Assembly: GCA_049510745.1 (NCBI GenBank)
Contig: JBEKYR010000002.1
Coordinates: forward strand, 96,001 to 160,000
Origin: Verrucomicrobiota bacterium
GTDB lineage: Bacteria > Verrucomicrobiota > Verrucomicrobiia > Limisphaerales > Palsa-1400
Direction of reading: 5' to 3'
Length of the DNA stretch: 64,000 nt
Made by a program: the position numbers and the translations under genes. Positions 56,201 through 64,000 of this stretch are shown piece after piece (the first letter of the stretch is position 1; each line of letters begins with the position of its first letter). Below the pieces are notes generated by a model. The model made no database searches. It was not told the origin of the DNA and saw nothing but the letters and a program-made list of their open reading frames with translations.

Positions 56201-58327
56201 TCAAAAGCGATACCGCAAGGTGGCATAGATAAGACTGGCGCCATAGTCGGCGTTCCCGCCCGAAGCCGCGTCGAGATAGCGGAAGTATCCATACTTCAAC
56301 GACAGGCGGACCCTTTCGCTGATCCGCCGGGTGAGCGTGGCCGTGATGGAATGCTCCTGCCCGCCGGCCCCGTAAGGAACCCCGGCCGGAGAGTTGTCGC
56401 TGTAATCATCCGCTTGATAGTAGAAATAACTCACATTCAGGTCTGTCTTGTTGTCCAGAACCAGCCCGGAAGAAAAGTTCACCGTCCAGTAGTTGTTCCG
56501 GGCGTCGAGGATGGCCTGGGTGACCTCCGACGCCGGGGTCGCCGTGTCGCTCAAGACATAATTGAAACCGGCTTGCAGGCATAACCGGGACCAAGGCGTC
56601 CAACTGATGTCCTGCGCGAGGATGTGAGTTCTCATGGTCGCGGACTCCACGTCGGGCAGGCCGGCGAGGGGATCGGGCGCCGTGTGGATGGTGGACCATT
56701 GATATTCATAGCGGCTGACCAGGCTCACGTTCTGCAAGGGTCTCAAAGTCAGCCTGAAGTTTCCGTCATAGGTCGCGAACTTCTGCATCTCCAGATACCC
56801 CGGGTACCGGTTTGGACTGTTATTGGGCGTGCTGTCCAGCGAACTGCCATAGTGGTAAACGTCAAGTTTGTAGTAACCGCCGGCATCAATGGTGATGCGG
56901 CGCGAGGGATACCACCTGGCCCCGGCGGTGTACTTCTGGATGACGTTCCGGTTGTCGGTCGCGCTTTGCACGGCCGGAAGCCCAATGCCGCCGACCGGGA
57001 TCAATCCGCCATATTGATCCAGGTTTCCGTCCACTTCGGTCAAATCAAGGCAAGCGTGGAGCACCCAATTGGTGAACCCTCTGTAGGCGAGGTCAATCCG
57101 CCCGCGCACATCGAGATCGCCGGCGTCGCTGTTGGCGGCAAAGGCCACAGGCAGGGCGGCGCCCAGGGTTTCAAACCCGCCGGAGTCCGCCGTCCAATCA
57201 TCCTTTTGCACGCGCACGGAAGGGATGACGGTAAGATAAGGAGTCGGTTTGTAGAGGAGGTTAAGATCCATCACGTATTCCTGCAGGCTCGAGCCGCCGC
57301 TCAAGGCGAAGTAGCCGAAGCCATATTGGGCGTTGGGCACGTAACCAACATCGAAGTCAGACCCGTAAATGCGGCTGCCGGAGAAACTATTATCCAAGTG
57401 CGAGTAGGAGAAGCCGGAGGAAAACAGGAGATTGGTTCGGACCCAGGTTTCCGTGAAGGTATGGACATCAAACACGTCATAGTGGGTGTCTTGCTGGCTG
57501 GTGATCTTTTGTTGGATGGGTTCACCCGGGAATTGGGTGATCTTCAGAGCGTCGTCCAACTTTCCCGTCTCGTAGTGCAGCCCCAGGCCCAAGTCCGTTT
57601 TCTTGACGTGGTCGGACAGGTCGAGCTGAAAACTGTCGGCATGCTCATGGATCTCGGAAACCGTCGGACTAAGTCCTTGCGTCACCGTGCTGCTCGCCGG
57701 ATGGGTGTCTCCCCAACTGGTGGAATCCTCTTCACCTTCCCGGAAGGTGTGCGTGTACTTGAAGACGGCGTTGATCCCCTTTTCCGGTGTCAGGCCCCCT
57801 TCCAGGGAAAAAGCCCCGCGATCCAGCCCGAGCGCATTTTTCGACAGCGGATAGTTCATGTCCGAAGGCGGGAAAAAGCCGCCATCCCCATCCGACCAGG
57901 TGCGGAATTCACTGTAGGAAAGGCGTAGAAAGCCGGTCTTCTCACGCTCGATGTCCAGCTTCAATTTGTAGTCGTGCTCATCGGCAATCGCCCGCCCGTC
58001 CAGGGTCAGCGTGGTGGTCTTGTCGAGATTGGTACCGTAATGCAGACCCGCGATGCCGCCAAAAGCCGCGCCCGAGATCTGGTGCTGCTGTTGGAAGCGG
58101 GCCTGGTTGCCGCTGCTCAGAATCCCGCCGGTGGAAAACTCGATCCAGTTGTTGTAGGAGTTTGATCCTCCCTCGAACATCTGCTCCGGGGTCAGCGGAG
58201 CGGGAACGGCCGCCGGCGGCGCGTTGGTCTCAGCCGCCACAACGGTGGACACCGCCGCGCCCAGAACCAGCAGCCACACCCCGCACCGGCGAATTTGTTT
58301 ATCCTGGAAAGGGGGGGTGGATTTCAT
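56201..58327 (-). CDS. MtrB/PioB-like outer-membrane beta-barrel porin
   Basis: Signal peptide, about 700 aa of amphipathic strands, terminal 'LRYRF', directly downstream of a DmsE-like cytochrome. Confidence 0.8.
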   Translation of the reverse strand: MKSTPPFQDKQIRRCGVWLLVLGAAVSTVVAAETNAPPAAVPAPLTPEQMFEGGSNSYNNWIEFSTGGILSSGNQARFQQQHQISGAAFGGIAGLHYGTNLDKTTTLTLDGRAIADEHDYKLKLDIEREKTGFLRLSYSEFRTWSDGDGGFFPPSDMNYPLSKNALGLDRGAFSLEGGLTPEKGINAVFKYTHTFREGEEDSTSWGDTHPASSTVTQGLSPTVSEIHEHADSFQLDLSDHVKKTDLGLGLHYETGKLDDALKITQFPGEPIQQKITSQQDTHYDVFDVHTFTETWVRTNLLFSSGFSYSHLDNSFSGSRIYGSDFDVGYVPNAQYGFGYFALSGGSSLQEYVMDLNLLYKPTPYLTVIPSVRVQKDDWTADSGGFETLGAALPVAFAANSDAGDLDVRGRIDLAYRGFTNWVLHACLDLTEVDGNLDQYGGLIPVGGIGLPAVQSATDNRNVIQKYTAGARWYPSRRITIDAGGYYKLDVYHYGSSLDSTPNNSPNRYPGYLEMQKFATYDGNFRLTLRPLQNVSLVSRYEYQWSTIHTAPDPLAGLPDVESATMRTHILAQDISWTPWSRLCLQAGFNYVLSDTATPASEVTQAILDARNNYWTVNFSSGLVLDNKTDLNVSYFYYQADDYSDNSPAGVPYGAGGQEHSITATLTRRISERVRLSLKYGYFRYLDAASGGNADYGASLIYATLRYRF

Positions 58328-58347
58328 CGGCGTCAGGGCTGGGGGGT

Positions 58348-59208
58348 TTAGAATCGCAACGAGGGGCTGACACGCGAACCATGCACGGCCTCGTGACAGC
58401 CGGCCGTCCAGCAGGTGCCTTGCTGGACACGCAACGTGTGGTCAGAGCCGCCGATGAGAAGCTGGCCCCCGCTCACCTGCTGGAAGTGGCATTTCAAGCA
58501 CAGGTTGGCGTTGCGCGCCGTCAACAGTTTGGCATTGACCGACCCGTGCGGAGCATGACAGGCGGTGCATCCCTCGCGCATGGCCTCGTGCGTGAACACG
58601 TAAGGCCCGCGCTGGGCGGGATGGCAGCGAAAGCAGCTTTCGTTTTGGGAGAGGAGCGCGGTGCCGCCCCCGATATAAATGGAGCCTTTGTGCGGCGAGT
58701 GGCAGTCGGTGCAGCCCAATTTGTCTTCCGTCACGGGATGATGGGTGGGAAGGCTAAACTGGCCGCGCACATCGGCGTGGCACTGGAAGCAAACCGTTTC
58801 CGTCGCGCGGGGCGGCCGGACAGCGGCGCGCGCGCCAAAGCTGTCTGATTTGGAGCGTCCCGACGTGAAGCTATAGGGAGGCAGCACCTCGCCGCCGGAA
58901 TCCGAGTGGAGGCTGCACGGTCCGTGGCAGGATTCGCATCCGGCGCTGATCGCATTGGTCCCCTCCGCTATCAAACGGGCGTGATCGGCCGTGGCGAATC
59001 CTTTGTAGATTTGTTCGTGGCACTGTTCGCACTCCTTGGAACCGATGTATTTTGCCCCGGGCACGTCCGGCAACACCACCACGGAACGGCTCACGGTGCC
59101 GCAGGAAATCACCAGCAGGAGCAGGACCATCGGGACGGCCGCCAGCGCCAGCGCCCGCGCCCACGCCGGGCCGCGCTTTGCCAGTCTGCGGAAGTTGCAA
59201 TTGCTCAT
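58348..59208 (-). CDS. DmsE/MtrA-like multiheme cytochrome c lipoprotein (8 heme motifs)
   Basis: Lipobox-like VISC; 7 CxxCH plus CWTAGCH; 'GPYVFTHE', 'CHAPHGS', 'VHGS'. Confidence 0.88.
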   Translation of the reverse strand: MSNCNFRRLAKRGPAWARALALAAVPMVLLLLVISCGTVSRSVVVLPDVPGAKYIGSKECEQCHEQIYKGFATADHARLIAEGTNAISAGCESCHGPCSLHSDSGGEVLPPYSFTSGRSKSDSFGARAAVRPPRATETVCFQCHADVRGQFSLPTHHPVTEDKLGCTDCHSPHKGSIYIGGGTALLSQNESCFRCHPAQRGPYVFTHEAMREGCTACHAPHGSVNAKLLTARNANLCLKCHFQQVSGGQLLIGGSDHTLRVQQGTCWTAGCHEAVHGSRVSPSLRF

Positions 59209-59283
59209 AACGTTTCAGCTTCTCGTCCCTCAGCCATGCAGCCCGGCGCCGCCGGCGTCAAGCCGTTCTTCGCGCCGGGCGTT

Positions 59284-60879
59284 TTACGGGCCAAACTCAT
59301 CGTAAATCCAGTCTTCCGCGGCATCCAGAAGGTCTATGGCATAAAATGCGTTGTGAACGCCAAAGCTGCCGTCGTTCAGCACCAGGTAGAGGTTGAACCG
59401 TGCCTTCCGGATGTTTTCTGGAAGCAGTTGCTGCTCGGCTGCACTCGGCCCCGGCCCGCCCGAGGACAGGCTGCCCGGCGCGGTGTATTCCCAGGCCCGG
59501 TTCCCATACTTGGCGTACAACGACCCCGGGGCCAGGTTGGCCGCCCAATAGTCCAAATCGGATTGCAACTGCTGAATCCGGTTTGTCACCGCGCCCATCA
59601 CGTCTCTGGCGAACGCTTGAGGGTTGTTGGGGTGGCAGGACAGGCAAAAATTGTAACTTTTCACCTTAAAGCTGTGACCCGTCACGGCCGGCAGGGTCTC
59701 GCTCGTAAAGGGTGTAGTCTGCATATGGCATCCGATACACTGGTTGGTGATTAACAGGGCGTGGGGACCGGGTTGGTAATGGGGAAGCCCGGATTCCAAC
59801 TCGCCGACGGTGCCCAGCAGCATGTTGTACTGCGGAGAGTGGTGCGGCTCGCTCACGCTATTGGTCCACGACGCGCCCGCATGATTGTGGCACTGGGCGC
59901 AAATGTTGATCTTGGGATTGTACTCCTTGGCGAAGGCGCCATTGGTGGGCATGAAGTAATCGTTCGTGGAGGCGAGAGGATTGCGCAATTGCGCGGGATT
60001 GGCGTTGGTCTGATGCGGATCGTGGCAGGTGGCGCACACAATCCCGATATCTGCATCACCTTTTGGCAACGCGGTTTTCTCCAGCAGGGCCAAGCGCACC
60101 GACCCGGAATGACACCGGCCACAACGATTGATCCGGCGGGCGGGATTCATATCCTCGACCACTTGCGCATGGGCGCTGTTCGTCCACTCATCGTACGTGG
60201 GATGGCGTGGATCGTTATGACACCCGCCGCAGACGGTGGCGGCCACTTCGGCCCGCGGCCTGACCGACGGATCATCGGGATTGGCCGCATGATTGGCCGC
60301 CGGGCCATGGCAGTTCTCGCATTGAACGCCGGCCAGGTGCGGTGTTTCGGTGTCGCTGACAAATCCGGTTGGCGCATCAAATCCCACTGTGTGGCAAGCC
60401 AGACAAGAACTGTTGGTCTGGCCTCCGTCAGCCTCAAACCTTGCGTTGGCGAACGCGGCTGCGTGAAGGGTGTGGATCGTCGTTTTCAGAATGGGCGCAT
60501 GGCATTCCGCGCAGGTCTGAGACCCGGTGTATCTGGGTGCTGGGCCGGCGACTCGAAAGAAAGCGTTGCTATAACGGGCTGGGACGGTGGCGGTCCGGCG
60601 TAAGTTGTTGTGTCCGGTTAGAGCCTTCCAAACGGGATTATTCGAGCTTTGCGCCTCAAACAATTGGTAATAACCCGATGGACCATCCCATGTGACCGTC
60701 ACGCCGTTCGTGACCAGATTGATTCCCGTAATTATCGGCACTGCGGGCATCCCGCCGGAAACCGGGATGCTTAGATGTTGAACATTCTGCGCGCTGGCGC
60801 AGATGCCAGCCATCAGCGTAACCCAAACCGCAAGAAAGGAGGCCGTCCGGTCAATTAAGAGGAGTCCTGTCCTATTCAT
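59284..60879 (-). CDS. Nonaheme cytochrome c, probably surface-exposed
   Basis: 9 CxxCH; C-terminal helices with 'NDGSFGVHN'. Confidence 0.9.
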   Translation of the reverse strand: MNRTGLLLIDRTASFLAVWVTLMAGICASAQNVQHLSIPVSGGMPAVPIITGINLVTNGVTVTWDGPSGYYQLFEAQSSNNPVWKALTGHNNLRRTATVPARYSNAFFRVAGPAPRYTGSQTCAECHAPILKTTIHTLHAAAFANARFEADGGQTNSSCLACHTVGFDAPTGFVSDTETPHLAGVQCENCHGPAANHAANPDDPSVRPRAEVAATVCGGCHNDPRHPTYDEWTNSAHAQVVEDMNPARRINRCGRCHSGSVRLALLEKTALPKGDADIGIVCATCHDPHQTNANPAQLRNPLASTNDYFMPTNGAFAKEYNPKINICAQCHNHAGASWTNSVSEPHHSPQYNMLLGTVGELESGLPHYQPGPHALLITNQCIGCHMQTTPFTSETLPAVTGHSFKVKSYNFCLSCHPNNPQAFARDVMGAVTNRIQQLQSDLDYWAANLAPGSLYAKYGNRAWEYTAPGSLSSGGPGPSAAEQQLLPENIRKARFNLYLVLNDGSFGVHNAFYAIDLLDAAEDWIYDEFGP

Positions 60880-60929
60880 ACACGACTAACTCCATGGATG
60901 GATAGGAGCATTCGATCAGCATCCCGCCC

Positions 60930-61853
60930 TCAAGGAGCGGCCTTCTTCAATTGTTGCAGGGCGGCGACTTGAGCATGGGAATTTAGCGCAATTTGTTTCA
61001 TTTTGTCCCTTCCTGCCGCGTGAATCTTCCGAATCTCCTCCGCGATGGCCTGCTGGGCGGCCTCGGACTGATCGTCCTGCGCCTTGAGGAAACGCTGCTC
61101 GGCATCGTTCTCTTGGGCTTTCATTTCGTTCGCTGCCCGCTTGAACTGGGCCAGTCCCTCGGCGCGCAGAATTTTCGTGCCCTCGTCCAGGGAAACGGCG
61201 TCAAGATTGGGAATGGTGCGTTTGACTGCATCCAGGGTGGCGGTGCTGGCCTGGGCGACTGGCTGCGCCGCCGTTTTGGCCTCGGTGGCGCGGGCAATGG
61301 CGCGGGTCAGGTCAGGTTCCAGGGCCTGCTCCCACTCCGGCGCGAGCTGCGCCAGCGATTCCCTTTGACCGCCGCACAGTACCGCAATTCCCAGGAAACA
61401 AGCGTCGCCCTTGTCGTTGTTGAAAGCCTTGATGCCATCGGCCGCCGCGGCGCTGGCGTTGAAATTGGATGAGGGGTTGCATCGACTCACCCGAACCCGG
61501 TCGCCGCCCACTTGCTCGTATTGGGCGAGCAATTGATCGACCCGCCCGGCAAAGGCCTGGACAGAATCCGGCACGCTCGACGCATCCAGCGAAGAGTAAA
61601 ACCGGATTTCAACCGGCGAATCGAGATGCTGCAAAACCGCTTTGGTCGCATCCGACAGCGCCACCGCCGCCGGGTTATTCGTGTCGGGCAGATTCTGCGA
61701 GCCGCCGCGGGAAAACCAAAGAGCGCTCAGAGCGGCGCCCGCGAGGAAGAAGACCAGCGCCAAAATAAAGATGCGGGCGCCGGCGTGTTGGCCTGGGCGC
61801 CGCCTGCCCGCAGCCTCAATACTGTTTTTCGGCACAGCATTCATCGTCTTCAT
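60930..61853 (-). CDS. Membrane-anchored protein with GldG/ABC-auxiliary N-terminal-like domain and coiled coil
   Basis: TM, 'LSDATKAVLQHLDSPVEIRFYSS', 'LEPDLTRAI'. Confidence 0.7.
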   Translation of the reverse strand: MKTMNAVPKNSIEAAGRRRPGQHAGARIFILALVFFLAGAALSALWFSRGGSQNLPDTNNPAAVALSDATKAVLQHLDSPVEIRFYSSLDASSVPDSVQAFAGRVDQLLAQYEQVGGDRVRVSRCNPSSNFNASAAAADGIKAFNNDKGDACFLGIAVLCGGQRESLAQLAPEWEQALEPDLTRAIARATEAKTAAQPVAQASTATLDAVKRTIPNLDAVSLDEGTKILRAEGLAQFKRAANEMKAQENDAEQRFLKAQDDQSEAAQQAIAEEIRKIHAAGRDKMKQIALNSHAQVAALQQLKKAAP

Positions 61854-62006
61854 TTCATTTCACGAACCGAGATGGCGCGCAATTTAACTTGGCAGCCGTC
61901 ATCAAACAAGCCCTATCCAGCGCCGGGTTTTGGCGGCTGGCCGCGCGGGTCGCTCGCGCCTGCCAGCCGCCAAATAAGTTGTCCGTCTCCACGCGGCCCC
62001 GGGCGC

Positions 62007-64000
62007 CTACGGGTTATGGACCACGCGGAAGTACTGTTGCACGTTGCCCCGCGTCGGGGTCAGGTAGCTTATTGAGTCTCCGTTCCCTACGATGTTCGTG
62101 CCGATGTCCTGCCAGCCGCCGCTCAGTGCCGAAACGCCCTGGATTTGGTAATTCGTGCCCGGCTGCGTCTCAAACGCCACCTCGGCGGCAGTGTAGATTT
62201 GGACGGTGTTGGCGCTGCCGCCCAGGACGGTGCCATCCGCATAGACAACCCCGTTGGAGACTGCCACGCCCGCAAACCGCGGATCGAGGCCCAAGGCATA
62301 TTTAAGCCAGTTGGGTATGCCGTCGCCAGACGGGTTGGCATCGGGCGCGCCGTTGGCGTTGGTAATCGAGCCGAAGTATGTCATCTCCCACTCATCGGGC
62401 AGACCGCCGGGCACGGACGTGCCACTCAAGTCGGCGATGGACGCCTTGAGCAGGCCGGTCGCAAACGGGGCATTGTGAACGCCATAGCTGCCATCCTCCA
62501 CCACGAACTGCCAGTTGTACGCGGCCTTCAGTTGCGCCGCCGACCAGTTGGTTGTGACAGAAAGACCGCCCTTGGGCAAGCCGTCCACGACGCCACTCTT
62601 GTTCGGCAACCACGTTGACAAATTGCTCAGCAGGATCTGAACTTCGGTTTGAACACCCTGGATGACGCCGGTGTTGGCGTAGTCCTCGACCGGGAAATTG
62701 AAGGTGGTGATGCCGCCGTGGCATTGATTGCAAACAGCCACCTGGTCAATCTTGTTGGTGATGCCGTTGGTGACGACATTGTAACTCATCTCCCAGGTGT
62801 GCCCACCGGCGAGGAGATATCCGGGATTGCTTGCAGGCAACGCCTGCATATGGCAGCCGACGCAAGTATTTGTGACCGAATAGCGGTGGGCGGAACTGGG
62901 AAGCACCTTTCCATAGGTAATGGCGTTGATGCCCTCGATCATGTCCCCTTGCGGGTTATCGTGCGGGCCAAAATCGCGCGAGCTGGGAGGCTCCGATGCT
63001 CCTGACCAGGTGGGAATCCCTATGGGCCAATTCGCGACGTTGGTGACGGCCGAACCATTGCGGCTGTGATGGCAATTCATGCACAGGTTGCCCTCGCCGC
63101 CGTTGGTGATGACCGTGCCGTCCCCGAACGTCGCCGAAGCCATGACCCGGATCAGGTGATTGTCGTTGGTGGGGATCGTCATGCCGTGCGGCTCATGGCA
63201 GGTTTGGCAGCCGATCGCGGCGAAGGTCGTGTTCGTTGGCGCGAAGATCGTGCCGCCGGAAGCCCGGTTCGAGACGGCCGTAATGAACCCATAGGCGGTG
63301 TGGCATTGCACGCATTGGTCACGACCGTTGCCCGAGGGTGTGGTCGTCGTAATTGCGTGGCTGGAAGCCAGCCATTGCGTCCCATAGTAGTGGTGCGGCG
63401 GGTCGTCATGGCATTGGTTGCAGTCGCCCGAAGTGTAGCTGACGTCCAGTGCTGGAAAGTTGGAAGCATTGATATTGCCCGCCAAGTCGAAATGCTCACT
63501 GGCTGGCCCGTGGCAGTTTTCGCACTGGATATTGGCGACATTGGCAAGGTCGGGATAGTTTGCCTCCATGCCCGCCCAGTTGCTGTTCGTCAACAGGGTG
63601 GGGAAGGTCCATCCATCGGCTTGGGCGACACCGTAAAACCCGCCGTCACCCAGCGCGCTGGCGTTGGTGTTGTATCCGACAGTGTGGCACTGGAGGCAGG
63701 ACTGGCTGTAATGACTGCCCAGGACGCCATTAATGCCTTGGGTGAATATGCTCGCGTGAAGAGTATTCGTCCAAAACGGATAAGTGTCGGGCGCTGAGGT
63801 GTCGCCGCCGTGGCAAAACTCACACGCGGCCACGCCCTCGTAGGTTCCCGCATTAAAATGTGCGGTCACGTTTGTCGTCCCGTTGGTGGTGGCGATCGTG
63901 GCAGTAACCGTGTACTGACCGTGGTAGTCCGGCATGAACAGAATGCGTCCCGCCACCTGATAGACCAATTTATCTGACGGTAAATAAACGGGCACAGACA
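62007..64000 (-). CDS. Large extracellular multiheme cytochrome c (at least 9 hemes, 5' partial)
   Basis: 9 CxxCH within the window, 'EDGSYGVHN', 'GLPDEWE..DGIPNWLKYALGLDP', C-terminal 'QYFRV'. Confidence 0.9.
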   Translation of the reverse strand, partial: SVPVYLPSDKLVYQVAGRILFMPDYHGQYTVTATIATTNGTTNVTAHFNAGTYEGVAACEFCHGGDTSAPDTYPFWTNTLHASIFTQGINGVLGSHYSQSCLQCHTVGYNTNASALGDGGFYGVAQADGWTFPTLLTNSNWAGMEANYPDLANVANIQCENCHGPASEHFDLAGNINASNFPALDVSYTSGDCNQCHDDPPHHYYGTQWLASSHAITTTTPSGNGRDQCVQCHTAYGFITAVSNRASGGTIFAPTNTTFAAIGCQTCHEPHGMTIPTNDNHLIRVMASATFGDGTVITNGGEGNLCMNCHHSRNGSAVTNVANWPIGIPTWSGASEPPSSRDFGPHDNPQGDMIEGINAITYGKVLPSSAHRYSVTNTCVGCHMQALPASNPGYLLAGGHTWEMSYNVVTNGITNKIDQVAVCNQCHGGITTFNFPVEDYANTGVIQGVQTEVQILLSNLSTWLPNKSGVVDGLPKGGLSVTTNWSAAQLKAAYNWQFVVEDGSYGVHNAPFATGLLKASIADLSGTSVPGGLPDEWEMTYFGSITNANGAPDANPSGDGIPNWLKYALGLDPRFAGVAVSNGVVYADGTVLGGSANTVQIYTAAEVAFETQPGTNYQIQGVSALSGGWQDIGTNIVGNGDSISYLTPTRGNVQQYFRVVHNP

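Overview
GC-rich bacterial DNA, probably from a Verrucomicrobiota (Pedosphaerales-like) genome. This is inferred from a prepilin-type H-X9-DG protein, the rpsP-KH-trmD-rplS operon without rimM, surface proteins ending in F-R-V, and the intergenic repeat style. From left to right the window holds: (1) the end of an ABC/TolC-type efflux operon; (2) a ~9 kb accessory cassette (4029-13040), the best candidate for an undescribed nucleotide-signalling or defence system, encoding a NUDIX-RelA/SpoT synthetase-TPR-SLOG-RyR fusion, an inositol-monophosphatase-family phosphatase, a TIR-Zn ribbon-TM-LamG protein, a broken TIR gene and a PfkB-like-AAA+-RyR protein, with a 50-bp copy of part of the neighbouring GH2 gene at its left edge; (3) a GH2 glycosidase and an aryl-acid cluster (porin, OFA MFS, ACT protein, paaK, iorAB); (4) housekeeping and miscellaneous genes with dispersed repeats; (5) a radical SAM gene, a PocR-AraC regulator and a two-component cascade; (6) a >24 kb Geobacter-like electron-transfer island. 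That island contains CbcL-like and ImcH-like quinol oxidases, two cytochrome/FeS/NrfD modules (one NrfD has an inserted cNMP-binding domain), an MtrA/MtrB-like porin-cytochrome pair, two nonaheme surface cytochromes and a P1B-type ATPase. It is interrupted by an AT-richer insert carrying an XRE-ImmA gene. All calls come from reading motifs by eye; no database searches were run.
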